A stretch of DNA of 64,000 nt, from contig JAETTP010000005.1 in assembly GCA_021769035.1 (NCBI GenBank), forward strand, positions 1,519 through 65,518. Direction: 5' to 3'. The notes beneath the pieces are model-generated. The model had not been told where the DNA came from, made no database searches, and worked only from the letters and a program-made list of their open reading frames with translations. Every line of letters starts with the position of its first letter. The stretch's first letter is position 1. Of the stretch, positions 30,624 to 40,304 are shown one piece after another. The DNA comes from Bacillota bacterium (GTDB lineage Bacteria; Bacillota; Dehalobacteriia; UBA4068; UBA4997). Made by a program: the position numbers and the translations under genes.

Positions 30624-31256
30624 TTATTTTGTCGAACAGCCCGGCAAAGCCCCTGCTGGCAGCATTTCCGCCAGCAGCCGCAGCGGCAAACCGATGATAT
30701 TATCCTCGTCGCCAACCAGCTCCTGCACGAAGCACCTGGCCCCGCCCTGAATAGCATAGGCCCCGGCTTTATCCAGCGGCTCGCCGCCAGCCACATAAGC
30801 GATAATCTCTGCTGACTCCAGCTTGCGGAAGCGCACCCGGCTTTCCGCCACGCCGCTTTGCAGCCGGCCCCGCCGCCACACGGCCACCCCGGTGAAAACG
30901 CTGTGCGCCCGGCCGGACAAAGCCTGCAACATGCGGCAGGCCTCCGCCGCGTCCGCCGGCTTGCCAAAAATCTGCCAGCAATCGCCCTGCTGCAAGGCCA
31001 CCACCGTATCCGCCGCCACAATGCAAACCTCCGCGCCGTCGGCTGCCGCTGCACCGGCTGCCGACGTGCTTTGCGGCTGCAACGCCGCCACCGCCTCCGC
31101 TTTCCGGCGGGCGTTGGCCTGCACCAATTCGGCCGGCGGCAATTCATTTGTCAACTCCGCCACCTCGGCCACCTTAATTTCCGGCTCCACCCCGGCCTGC
31201 CGCAGCAAATCCAACCGCCGGGGCGAGGCGGAAGCCAAAATCAGCTTAACGCTCAT
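30624..31256 (-). CDS. maf: Maf nucleotide pyrophosphatase
   Basis: LILASASPRR, AADTVV, GKP, DKAGAYAIQG; RBS AGGAG. Confidence 0.95.
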   Translation of the reverse strand: MSVKLILASASPRRLDLLRQAGVEPEIKVAEVAELTNELPPAELVQANARRKAEAVAALQPQSTSAAGAAAADGAEVCIVAADTVVALQQGDCWQIFGKPADAAEACRMLQALSGRAHSVFTGVAVWRRGRLQSGVAESRVRFRKLESAEIIAYVAGGEPLDKAGAYAIQGGARCFVQELVGDEDNIIGLPLRLLAEMLPAGALPGCSTK

Positions 31257-31257
31257 C

Positions 31258-32709
31258 TCAATAATTCTCCTGTTCAATTCCCAACAAGTAGGCCCGCGCC
31301 TCCGCCAACATATACAGAGAGCCGGTCACCAAAAGCAGCGGCTCCGCCTCCGGCCGGCCGGCCGTCAACCGCCCGCCATCGCTCACTTCCGCCAACGATT
31401 CCCGCAATGCTGCCAATTCCTGCTGCCCGGCGGCCACCGCCTGCGGCACAACCTCCACCAGTTGGCAGGGCACCGCCAACTCCCGGCAGATTTCCGCCAA
31501 AGCCTGCCAATCGCCGGCCCTGGGGCTGGGCACTCTGGTGATAACCGCGCGGCTCACCAAAGGCAACAGCAGGCGCAGAGCCTCCGCCCGTTCCTTATCC
31601 GCCAGCATGCCCAAAACCGCCACAATCGGCCGCCCAGGCCAATATTGCTGCAAGGCGGCGCTTAGGGCCTGCATACCGGCCACATTGTGCGCGCCGTCCA
31701 AAAGCGTCAACGGCTGCCGGCCGACAATCTCCAGACGGCCGGGCCAACGGGCCGCCGCCAAACCCTGCCGCACGGCGGCCGCCGGCAAAGCCAGCTTGTC
31801 CGCCGCCGCCACCGCCAAAGCCGCGTTAGCCAACTGGTGCTCGCCTAAAAGCTGAATTGACAAATCCGCATAAGTCAATTTGTTTTCCGTCAAACTTTGC
31901 CAGTGAAATGTTTGGCCGTTTTCGTCCGCCTGCCGCAGCTGATAAGCAAAATCCCGGCCCAGCTGCCAAAGCTGGGTCTGCACCGCCGCCGCTCTTTTTT
32001 GCAGCACAGCCAGCGCCGCCGGATTTTGCGCCGCCGTCAGGGCCGGCACGCCCGGCTTGATAATGCCGGCTTTCACTGCCGCAATTTCAGCCACGGTTTC
32101 CCCCAGATAGGCCATGTGGTCCATCGCCACATTAGTAATCAGAGCCAGTTCCGGCTGAATAACGTTGGTGGAGTCAATCTCGCCGCCCATGCCGACCTCA
32201 ATAACCGCCCAATCAGCCTGCTGTTCCGTAAAATAATGCAAGGCCAAGGCCGTGCTGATTTCAAACTCCGTGGGCGGCTCCTCGCCGGCGGCCGCCATCT
32301 GATCTAAGGCCGGCTGAATAAGCGCCAGCTGCCGAACCAGCTCCTGCTTGCTCAGCGGTTGGCCGTTCAGCCGGAAACGCTCCCGGTAGGAGTGTAAATG
32401 CGGCGAGGTGAAAAGCCCGGTCTTGTAACCGCAGGCCTGCAACATCTCCGACAGCATAACGGAAACCGAGCCTTTGCCGTTGGTGCCGCCCACGTGGATA
32501 TATCTTGGCGCGCCCTGCCAGTGCGGATTGCCCAGCAAAGCCAGCAGCTTTTCAATCCGCTGCAAGCCTAGGTTTATACCAAATTTTGTCCGTTCTGCCA
32601 AAAATTGCAGAGCGGCAAAGTAAGCCGCGTCAACAGACGGCGTTTCCGCATTCGCTTTCTGAATATTATGCTCAACAGTTTGTTCGGCTATGAATTTATC
32701 AGCTGGCAT
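31258..32709 (-). CDS. folC: Folylpolyglutamate synthase / dihydrofolate synthase
   Basis: HVGGTNGKGS, FTSPHL, EVGMGG, WPGRLE, LDGAHN, TGSLY. Confidence 0.96.
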   Translation of the reverse strand: MPADKFIAEQTVEHNIQKANAETPSVDAAYFAALQFLAERTKFGINLGLQRIEKLLALLGNPHWQGAPRYIHVGGTNGKGSVSVMLSEMLQACGYKTGLFTSPHLHSYRERFRLNGQPLSKQELVRQLALIQPALDQMAAAGEEPPTEFEISTALALHYFTEQQADWAVIEVGMGGEIDSTNVIQPELALITNVAMDHMAYLGETVAEIAAVKAGIIKPGVPALTAAQNPAALAVLQKRAAAVQTQLWQLGRDFAYQLRQADENGQTFHWQSLTENKLTYADLSIQLLGEHQLANAALAVAAADKLALPAAAVRQGLAAARWPGRLEIVGRQPLTLLDGAHNVAGMQALSAALQQYWPGRPIVAVLGMLADKERAEALRLLLPLVSRAVITRVPSPRAGDWQALAEICRELAVPCQLVEVVPQAVAAGQQELAALRESLAEVSDGGRLTAGRPEAEPLLLVTGSLYMLAEARAYLLGIEQENY

Positions 32710-32874
32710 TCGCTTAAAACCTCGCTTTTTTTCTAATTTTGTAGTCTATTTATTTTAACAGAAGCAAAGGCGCTTGTCTACAAAAAATTTCCACATTTTC
32801 CGCATTTTTAGCTTAATAGCTAGCCAAAAATCACGGCATAATAAAACCTGAACCAAGAAAATGGAGGTGCAAAA

Positions 32875-33123
32875 ATGAGTAAAAATATGAACAAAGCTAT
32901 GGTTTATGCCGCCGTGGTAGCCGGGCTGGGCACGCTCAGCGCAATCGGAGCAATGAGTATGCCCAAATCAGGCAGTTGCATGCACAGCGGGCGCAGTCGG
33001 CGCATGATGGGCGCAGTTTCCAACGTCACCGAGGAATTTGCCGATGAGTTTTGCATGATGGCTCACAAAACCGGCAACGCAATGATTAAAACCGGCCGCT
33101 GGATTAACCGGCTGGTTCCGTAA
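32875..33123 (+). CDS. Small hypothetical protein with N-terminal hydrophobic segment (possibly sporulation-related)
   Basis: Strong RBS GGAGGTG; upstream CATAATA -10-like element. Confidence 0.75.
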   Translation: MSKNMNKAMVYAAVVAGLGTLSAIGAMSMPKSGSCMHSGRSRRMMGAVSNVTEEFADEFCMMAHKTGNAMIKTGRWINRLVP

Positions 33124-33180
33124 GCCAAAAGCGACAGGCGGCCTGCCGGCCGCCTTACATCTAAAAAAGAGGGAGGTAAA

Positions 33181-34248
33181 ATGGCTAAAATACGCTTAAA
33201 AAAACTGGCCTGGACGCTGTTTTACGCCGCCCTGATTTTAACCCTGCTGCTGCTCTGCCGGGCCCTGCTGCTGCCCCTGGGCCTGGCCGCGGCCATGTGC
33301 TACATTCTGCTGCCGGCAGTCAAAAAACTGGAAAGCTGGCGGCTGCCCAGCTGGCTGGCGATTCTGCTGGTTTATATTGTGCTGTTCAGCGGGCTGGCAG
33401 CCGTCCTCTGCTGGGGCGTGCCCCGGCTTTGGCGCGATTTGGCGGCCATCGGCCAGCTGCTGCCAGAAACCGTAGCCAGCTGCCGTAGCCTGTGGCAGGA
33501 TTGCCACACCGCTTTGCCGCAACGCCTGGGCCTGCCGCAGCTGCCCGCCTTTATAGACGACTGCATGGACGATTTTATCCAGAGCCTAGGCGACGGCCTT
33601 TACAACTGGCTGATGCGCAGCTTAAAGCTGCTGCCCTCGCTGTTCAGCAACCTCTCCACGCTGATTTTTGCGCCGGTTTTCGCCTTCTATCTGCTGCGCG
33701 ACCGGCAAACCTTTGCCAAATTAGCACAGGAGCAACTGCCCAGCCACTTTTGCCGCCGCCTGCGGCCGCTGCTGGCAGAGCTGAACGCTATGCTCACCGG
33801 CTTTGTGCGCGGCTATCTGCTGGTGGCCGTCTGCGTAGGGCTGTTGTTTTATCTGCTGCTTTGGCTGTTCGGCGTGGATTACAGCTTCACGCTGGGCCTG
33901 ATTATGGCCGTAGCGGAGCTGATCCCCTACCTGGGGCCGCTGCTGGCCTTTGTGCCCTGCCTGCTTTTGGTGCTGGTGCAGGGCAGGCTGGCCGTCGTCA
34001 AAATGCTGATTATCTGGTTTGTGGTGCAACAACTGGAAAATATTGTTATCTCGCCGCGGATTATGGCTGGGGCCGTGCGCCTGCACCCCTTGTATATCAT
34101 CTGCGCCGTGCTGGTGGGCGGCTACTGGTTTGGCGTCACTGGCATGATTATCGCCGTGCCGCTGGCGGCCTCTCTGGCGCCGGCCGCCAACTGGTTCTAT
34201 CACTGGTGGAAAGGGGCGCGGGATATGGAAATGCCCTGGTTCTATTAA
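33181..34248 (+). CDS. AI-2E family transporter
   Basis: FYLLRD, LIPYLGP, VQQLEN..SPRIM, LHP..G; RBS GGAGGT. Confidence 0.92.
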   Translation: MAKIRLKKLAWTLFYAALILTLLLLCRALLLPLGLAAAMCYILLPAVKKLESWRLPSWLAILLVYIVLFSGLAAVLCWGVPRLWRDLAAIGQLLPETVASCRSLWQDCHTALPQRLGLPQLPAFIDDCMDDFIQSLGDGLYNWLMRSLKLLPSLFSNLSTLIFAPVFAFYLLRDRQTFAKLAQEQLPSHFCRRLRPLLAELNAMLTGFVRGYLLVAVCVGLLFYLLLWLFGVDYSFTLGLIMAVAELIPYLGPLLAFVPCLLLVLVQGRLAVVKMLIIWFVVQQLENIVISPRIMAGAVRLHPLYIICAVLVGGYWFGVTGMIIAVPLAASLAPAANWFYHWWKGARDMEMPWFY

Positions 34249-34293
34249 GCAACGCCTGATAAACACCGCCGTTTCTCACTGAAACGGTTGCGC

Positions 34294-35085
34294 TTAAAAA
34301 TATTGTGCGTAATCAACTTCAGCCGCAAAGCCTGGCTCCGCCGCCTGCGGCTTGTTGCGAGCAGAGCGAGCGGAGCGTGATTGCTTATCGTTGCGGGCCG
34401 GCTTGTCCGCCGCGGCGGCTTCCTGCCTGGCCTCGCTGGCCAACAGCTGCTCCATATTAGTAATGCCCTCCCGCCGCCAACGCAGTAGAATTTTGTCAAT
34501 ATAAGCCAAATTAAGGGCATTATGCAGCACGGCCCGGCGCATCGCCTCTTTCAGCAGGGTAAAATCCCAGCGGTCGGCAATCAGCCAGGCGTTCAGCTTT
34601 TCCAGCTCCAACGGGGAAAGAGGCCGGGCAAACTCACCCTCAAAAAGCTGGTAGGCCGACCGGATAATCTCCTTTTCCTCAATCTGCTGACTGGTTGCTG
34701 CTTCAGCCTCAGCTGCGGAGGTCGGCGCAGGCACGCTGTGCTGAAAAACCCAAAGCTCCAGCAGTTTAGCGTAAAGCCCCTCCAGGGAATACACCACGCC
34801 GGGCACGTCGTCCAATCGCTGCAAAACTCCCTGCTGCTGCAAAGCGGCCAGGGCCGCGCTCATCTCCGCCTGCTGGCCGTTCCATTTAGCCAAAAGTTTG
34901 TCCTGCTCCACATAGGGCAAAAACTTCTGCTGGCAGGCCAGCACCCGCAGCAGGTCGATAAACTGCTGGTCGGAAAGGCCAATTGCTTGATAATTGTTCA
35001 GTAAGTAATCCGGCACTTGGGTACTCTCAAAGTATAAGGCCTTGGTGAAGGCCGGTTCCATATTATGGTTTAAATCATTGCTCAT
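34294..35085 (-). CDS. dnaD: DnaD-domain primosome protein
   Basis: LL.NY..IGLS N-terminus; FEGEFARPLSPLE; LAYIDKILLRW. Confidence 0.85.
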   Translation of the reverse strand: MSNDLNHNMEPAFTKALYFESTQVPDYLLNNYQAIGLSDQQFIDLLRVLACQQKFLPYVEQDKLLAKWNGQQAEMSAALAALQQQGVLQRLDDVPGVVYSLEGLYAKLLELWVFQHSVPAPTSAAEAEAATSQQIEEKEIIRSAYQLFEGEFARPLSPLELEKLNAWLIADRWDFTLLKEAMRRAVLHNALNLAYIDKILLRWRREGITNMEQLLASEARQEAAAADKPARNDKQSRSARSARNKPQAAEPGFAAEVDYAQYF

Positions 35086-36536
35086 TTCCGCCAGAACCCC
35101 CTCGTGAAAATAACTAACATTGACATAAGCTCCAGTCTGCCCAAAACCATATAAAAGGCTAAAAACATTTTGGCAAAGGCCGGCAAACCGATGTAATTAC
35201 AGGTGGGGCCAAAGCTTTCAAAGGCCGGCCCAACGTTGGTCAGGGCCGCCAAGGTCACCGAGATGGCCTCAAAAGGCGAGAGGCCCACCGCCGCCATAGT
35301 CAGGGTGCCCAAACCGATTAAAAGGAAGAAAATCAGCAGAAAAACCTGCACCGCATTCAACGTGGCCTGCGGCAGAATTTTTTTATCCAGCTTAACGGAG
35401 CAGACCAGCCGTGGCTGCAAGGTTTTATTCAAACTGGCAAAACAGCTTTTCACGGTGATAATCCAACGGCTGACTTTAACCGAACCGGAGGTGCTGCCCG
35501 CACAGCCGCCCAGAAAATACAGGCAGAACAGCACAATCCGGCAAAACGAGGGCCAAAGGTCATAGTCGGCGGAATAAAAGCCGGTGGTGGTCATTATGTT
35601 GACCACCTGGAAGCTGGCCTGCCTGATGTTATATTCCAGCGTGCGGTCCGGATAATAGTTGTTATAAAGTAAGGAACAAGTCACCGCCGCCGAGGCCAAC
35701 AAAATAATACAGACGTAAACCCGAAACTCCTCACTGCGCCAAAAGTAGTTACGTCGCTTAAAAAACAACAGATAATAAAAGGCCAGATTGGTGCCGGAAA
35801 TTGCCATAAACAGCACCACCAGCCATTGAGCCACCGCATTATCGTCAAAAGCGGACATACTGGCATTACGGCTGGAGAAACCGCCGGTGGAAACGGTGCC
35901 AAAGGTGTGGCAGAGGGCGTCCACAAAGTTCAGGCCACTCAACATCAGCAGCCCCAACAGCAAAGCGGAAATGCCAACGTAAGTCATCCAAAGAATTTGG
36001 GCCATATCGTCGCTTTTAGGGGCCAGCTTTTCCGTCAGGGCATTGCCGGGCGCTTCCGCCTTATACATCTTGTTGGCCGCGTTGCCGGAAGCCAAAGCCG
36101 CCAGCAGCACCACAATGCCCATACCGCCCAGCCAGTGCGTCAGGCCGCGCCAAATCAAAATACCGGAGGGCAAGGCCTCCAAATCCGGCAAAATGGAGGC
36201 TCCAGTGGTGGTAAAGCCGGAAAGGCTCTCAAACAAAGCGTCAATCGGGCTGCAAGTATGGCTGAAAATATAGGGCAGCGCGCCCAAACAGCCGGCCAGC
36301 AGCCAGGCAAAGGTGGCAATGCCACAGCTTTCCCGATTACGTAGCGGAGTCTTTCGGTCCTTTTTAAACAATATCATCAACGCTCCGCCCAAGCCCAGCA
36401 TAACCAACTGCGCCGAAAGCAAAGCGCCCATTACGGTCTCCTGTTTCACCAGCTCAAAGGCCATCGGCAAAACCATCGCCGCCGCCAGCACCAGGCAAAT
36501 CTTGCCTAAATTATATAGAACAACGCCAAAACGCAT
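35082..36536 (-). CDS. trkH: Trk potassium uptake membrane subunit
   Basis: FESLSGFTTTGAS, WLGGMG, STGGFS, GGCAGSTSG, GRLE. Confidence 0.96.
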   Translation of the reverse strand: MRFGVVLYNLGKICLVLAAAMVLPMAFELVKQETVMGALLSAQLVMLGLGGALMILFKKDRKTPLRNRESCGIATFAWLLAGCLGALPYIFSHTCSPIDALFESLSGFTTTGASILPDLEALPSGILIWRGLTHWLGGMGIVVLLAALASGNAANKMYKAEAPGNALTEKLAPKSDDMAQILWMTYVGISALLLGLLMLSGLNFVDALCHTFGTVSTGGFSSRNASMSAFDDNAVAQWLVVLFMAISGTNLAFYYLLFFKRRNYFWRSEEFRVYVCIILLASAAVTCSLLYNNYYPDRTLEYNIRQASFQVVNIMTTTGFYSADYDLWPSFCRIVLFCLYFLGGCAGSTSGSVKVSRWIITVKSCFASLNKTLQPRLVCSVKLDKKILPQATLNAVQVFLLIFFLLIGLGTLTMAAVGLSPFEAISVTLAALTNVGPAFESFGPTCNYIGLPAFAKMFLAFYMVLGRLELMSMLVIFTRGFWRK

Positions 36537-36557
36537 GCCAATCTCCCTATTTCAAAA

Positions 36558-37904
36558 TCAGCCCTGTACCAGATAATCCGTCACCGCCTGCGCCGAGGCC
36601 GCGGCGGAAAAGGTCAGCACATTATCCCCCGGCAGCAGCTTAACCTCGCCGCCGGGGATAATAATATCCCCCTTGCGCACAATCAACCCAACGATGGACT
36701 GCTCCGGAAAACGCAGCTGTTTTAGGGCTTTGTTAGCCAGCTTACTGGTTTCCGGCAGCACGCACTCGTTCATCTGGGCCATATCGTTCTGCAAAAGCTT
36801 CAGGTTCAACACACTGCCCCGGTTAATAAAGCGCAGAATGGCCGCCACCATCAAACTGCGCGGGCTGACGGCTTTGTCAATGCCAAAATTTTCAATCATA
36901 TTCACATAATCGGAACGACGGATCTGGGAAATCACCTTGCTGGCCCCCACGTGTTTGGCAATCATTGAGATAAGCACGTTAGATTCATCATCATCATTCA
37001 CCGCCAACACCACGTCCATATCGGCAATATTTTCGTCCTCCATCAAATCCATATCCCGGCCGGAACCGTTGATAACCACGGTGCGGCTCAAGGCCTCGTT
37101 CAAATCCTGGCAGATTTCCGGGTTTTCCTCAAACAGCTTCACATTAATCCGTCGGTGTTTGGATTCAAAAATCTGGCAAAGATAAAAGGAAAGCAAGCCG
37201 CCGCCAAACACCGCCACATTGTTAATCGCCCTTTTGCGCGCTCCCAGATAAATCTCCAGGGAAAGCATATCCTTGGTGTCCGAAAGCAGAAAGATTTCGT
37301 CCTTGGCCAAAATCTGGGTGTCACCGTTGGGCACAATCATCTGTTCACCCCGGATAATGCCCACCACCACGCAGGGGTGCGGGAAATGTGCGTCCCGCAG
37401 CCGGCAGTTAAGGATTTTGCAATCGTCCTCCAGCTTCAAGCCCAACATCACCACCCGGCCGTCGGCGTAATATTCTACCTCGTGCGCCTCCGGGTGCAGC
37501 ACCAGCTTGCCCAGCTCCTGGGCTGCCAGCAGCTCCGGATTGATAATCAGGTCAATGCCCAGCTGCTCCTGGCGTTCTGATTTTGCCAGCTCGCTGTATT
37601 CCCGTTTACGCACGCGGGCAATGGTGCTTTTAACCCCGTAGGATTTGGCGACAAAGCAGGTCATTATATTGATTTCGTCCAGCTCCGTCACGGCAATCAG
37701 CAGGTCGCTGCCGGCAATGCCCGCCTTTTCCTGCACCGACATTGCCGCACCGTTGCCCACCATCACCTGCACGTCCAAATATTCTTGCACCGTCTGCAAA
37801 CGCTCGGCGTTGGTGTCAATCACCACCACCTCAATATCCTTGTTGGCCAAAGTTTCGGCAATGCTGAACCCCACCTTGCCGGCCCCCACAATTATTACTT
37901 TCAT
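36558..37904 (-). CDS. trkA: Trk potassium uptake gating subunit
   Basis: IIVGAGKVG, two RCK N/C pairs, 448 aa. Confidence 0.95.
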   Translation of the reverse strand: MKVIIVGAGKVGFSIAETLANKDIEVVVIDTNAERLQTVQEYLDVQVMVGNGAAMSVQEKAGIAGSDLLIAVTELDEINIMTCFVAKSYGVKSTIARVRKREYSELAKSERQEQLGIDLIINPELLAAQELGKLVLHPEAHEVEYYADGRVVMLGLKLEDDCKILNCRLRDAHFPHPCVVVGIIRGEQMIVPNGDTQILAKDEIFLLSDTKDMLSLEIYLGARKRAINNVAVFGGGLLSFYLCQIFESKHRRINVKLFEENPEICQDLNEALSRTVVINGSGRDMDLMEDENIADMDVVLAVNDDDESNVLISMIAKHVGASKVISQIRRSDYVNMIENFGIDKAVSPRSLMVAAILRFINRGSVLNLKLLQNDMAQMNECVLPETSKLANKALKQLRFPEQSIVGLIVRKGDIIIPGGEVKLLPGDNVLTFSAAASAQAVTDYLVQG

Positions 37905-38012
37905 TGTTGTTTATTCTCCATATTTTTAAGCCTTGTTTTTATTGTAACACTATACGGCCTAAATAGCAAGTAAATGCCGCCCATTTTAATTCCCAAAAAG
38001 CAAAAAAAGGGC

Positions 38013-38041
38013 TTGACATAAAATTTTTATTCAAGTATCCT
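38013..38041 (+). promoter_or_regulatory. Sigma-A promoter
   Basis: TTGACA-17-TATCCT. Confidence 0.65.
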
Positions 38042-38113
38042 GTAGGCAATAGCTATTATCCGGGCTGCCGGCAGCTCCCAAATTAATATCAAACTATTTA
38101 GGAGTGAAGTCAA

Positions 38114-39133
38114 ATGAAACACGAAATTTTTTGCGGTGCCCAAGAGTCACATTACGCCGCCGGCCTCAGCTTCGGCCAAAAGCTGGCCGCCCAGGGCCAA
38201 TCCCTGCTACGCAACGCGCCTTTCCCGCTGACGGCAAAGCGCCGGGCCTTTGCCGCGGCCTGTCTGCCCGTCTACCAGCAATTTTTTCCGGAGGTGCTGG
38301 CAGAAATTGCCGGTCTGGCCGCCGGCCAAAACTGCCCGGAGGAGGATCTGCAAAGCCTGCTTTTTAGTATGTACGCCCTGCCGCCGGCCTGCCAATGCTC
38401 CTGCTTTGCCAGCGCCCCGGCGGGCGGCCCCATTCTGCTGGGCCGCAACAGCGATTTCCTGACCGCGCTGGCAGACTTTAATCTGAACGTAATTTATCAT
38501 TTCAGCGACGGCGGCTTCAGCTTTCAGGCCAACACCACCGCTTTTATTGAAATGGAAGACGGCGTAAACCAACACGGCCTGGCTGTCGGTTTAACCTCCG
38601 TAACGCCAAGCCGGATTCAGCCGGGCTTCAACGCCGGCCTGCTGCTGCGCTGGCTGCTGGAAAAATGCCGCAGCACAGCGGAGGTTCTGCAAAGACTGCG
38701 CCAGCTGCCCATCGCTTCCGCCCAAACCTTAACAGTAGCAGACGCACAAGGAGAAATCGCCCTGATTGAATGTGAGGCCGGGCAAATTGCCGTCAAGCGG
38801 CCCACCTCGGCCCAGCCCTATGTTTTTGCCACCAACAGCTTCCAGCAACCAGAGCTGACCGCTACTCCCCGGCCGGCAGTGGACGATTGGCAGGCCGAGG
38901 AACGCCGGCAAACCCTGCGCCGCGCGCTGCAAGCCGGCCACGGCTGCCCAAGCCCGCAGGCCGCCCGGCAGCTTTTGGCAGGCCAGCAAGGCTTCCTTTG
39001 CCAGTATGACCCCAAAACCGGGCACGACACTGTTTGGGCGGTTGTTTATGACCTCTCGCAAAAAGCCGTTTGGCGGGCGGAGGGCAATCCAAGCCGCTAC
39101 GCCTGGCAGCAGGATAAACGTTTCAGTTTTTAA
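38114..39133 (+). CDS. C45-family autoproteolytic Ntn-hydrolase / acyltransferase
   Basis: CSCFA nucleophile, LGRNSD, EDGVNQHGLAVG, ATNSF. Confidence 0.88.
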   Translation: MKHEIFCGAQESHYAAGLSFGQKLAAQGQSLLRNAPFPLTAKRRAFAAACLPVYQQFFPEVLAEIAGLAAGQNCPEEDLQSLLFSMYALPPACQCSCFASAPAGGPILLGRNSDFLTALADFNLNVIYHFSDGGFSFQANTTAFIEMEDGVNQHGLAVGLTSVTPSRIQPGFNAGLLLRWLLEKCRSTAEVLQRLRQLPIASAQTLTVADAQGEIALIECEAGQIAVKRPTSAQPYVFATNSFQQPELTATPRPAVDDWQAEERRQTLRRALQAGHGCPSPQAARQLLAGQQGFLCQYDPKTGHDTVWAVVYDLSQKAVWRAEGNPSRYAWQQDKRFSF

Positions 39134-39143
39134 GCCGTAAATC

Positions 39144-39173
39144 AGCGGCAGAAGCCCCAAAGCTTCTGCCGCT
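39144..39173. terminator. Terminator hairpin between convergent genes
   Basis: AGCGGCAGAAGC-6 nt-GCTTCTGCCGCT, perfect 12-bp stem. Confidence 0.85.
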
Positions 39174-39181
39174 CTTATTCT

Positions 39182-39340
39182 TCATTTTAAGTCCGGTTTC
39201 TCGCCCCGGCTCAGGCGGTCAAACTCTGCCGCAAACTCTGATTTTTCAGCCTCCTGCCGGCGGCGAAAAATCCGCAAGGCCCGCCGCAAAGCCCGCGCCA
39301 ATTCCGGTTTATGGGCCGTTTTGTCTGTTTCATTCGGCAT
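39182..39340 (-). CDS. Unannotated 52-aa small protein
   Basis: AAGGAGG-7 nt-ATG; MPNETDKTAHKPELARALRRALRIFRRRQEAEKSEFAAEFDRLSRGEKPDLK*; ends just before the terminator. Confidence 0.7.
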   Translation of the reverse strand: MPNETDKTAHKPELARALRRALRIFRRRQEAEKSEFAAEFDRLSRGEKPDLK

Positions 39341-39435
39341 AAACCCGCCTCCTTTGCCAGTTTACAAAACTGCTCAAGGATAGCCTGCCTCAAAATACGC
39401 CCAAATATACGCCGGCCTTAAAAGCCAGTTTTTGC

Positions 39436-39711
39436 TTAAAAACTGGCGTCTTCCGTTTCAATTTTGGTTTCCCGCAAAATTTTATACATTCCGGCGGCCT
39501 GCTCCGCCCGTTTGCTTTCGGCAATTTCCAAAATTTCCAGCTCCACCTCCCGGCGACCGAAAAGCAGGGTCAAGCGGTCGCCCACCTTAACGTCGCTGGC
39601 CGCTTTGGCCGGGCGGCCGTTCAGCAGCACCTTGCCGGCCCCGCTGACGTCCTTAGCCACAGTGCGCCGCTTAATCAAGCGCGAAACTTTCAAATATTTA
39701 TCTAAACGCAT
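39436..39711 (-). CDS. yabO: S4-domain RNA-binding protein YabO/RqcP
   Basis: MRLDKYLKVSRLIKRRTVAK; follows hup. Confidence 0.93.
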   Translation of the reverse strand: MRLDKYLKVSRLIKRRTVAKDVSGAGKVLLNGRPAKAASDVKVGDRLTLLFGRREVELEILEIAESKRAEQAAGMYKILRETKIETEDASF

Positions 39712-39802
39712 TTCTTCTCCTTAATCAACAATCGCCGCCGTTTTCAACGGGAATGGCGACGCATCCAGCGAATGGACTTCCTCTGGTCGCTGTTGCTTCG
39801 CT

Positions 39803-39836
39803 AAAAAGGGAGGAGCAGCCGCAGCCATTCCTCCCC
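39803..39836 (-). terminator. Intrinsic terminator after hup
   Basis: GGGAGGA...TCCTCCC-TTTTT on the minus strand. Confidence 0.75.
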
Positions 39837-39872
39837 AATCATTGCATTAAACATCACGCAAAGGCCAAAACA

Positions 39873-40148
39873 CTACTCGGCAATAGCGTCCTTCAGGGCC
39901 TTGCCAGCCTTAAAAGCCGGAACCTTGGCAGCCGGGATTTGAATTTTATCCCCAGTATGCGGATTGTGGCCCTCTCTGGCCGCGCGTTCACGCACTTCAA
40001 AGGTGCCAAAGCCAATCAGCTGCACTTTGTCATCTTTTTTCAGGCTGTCGGTAACAACCTCCACAAAAGCTTCCACGGCTTTGGCCGCGTCCTTTTTGCT
40101 CAATTCTGCCTGTTCAGCAACAGCATTAATCAGTTCTTTCTTATTCAA
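39873..40148 (-). CDS. hup: DNA-binding protein HU
   Basis: [39 protein letters not shown] start, RBS AGGAGGT. Confidence 0.98.
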   Translation of the reverse strand: MNKKELINAVAEQAELSKKDAAKAVEAFVEVVTDSLKKDDKVQLIGFGTFEVRERAAREGHNPHTGDKIQIPAAKVPAFKAGKALKDAIAE

Positions 40149-40238
40149 TGTGATTACCTCCTACAAAGCCTGCCCACGCCACAGCCTGTCCTACCGTGGG
40201 CGAGCCTGGCAGCATAAAGTTTTTTAGAACTTTGTATT

Positions 40239-40267
40239 ATTTTATCACCACAGGGAGCAAAATGCAA
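40239..40267 (-). promoter_or_regulatory. Sigma-A promoter of hup
   Basis: TTGCAT-17-TAAAAT with extended TG; the 5' UTR contains a GCCCACG/CGTGGGC hairpin. Confidence 0.65.
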
Positions 40268-40304
40268 CCCCTTTTTCACTTTTCCTTATAAAATTTGTGC
40301 TTTT

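Noticed and set aside
39211..39393. Track ORF of 60 aa
   Set aside because: It lacks an RBS. The overlapping frame 39340-39182 has a perfect SD and ends at the terminator.
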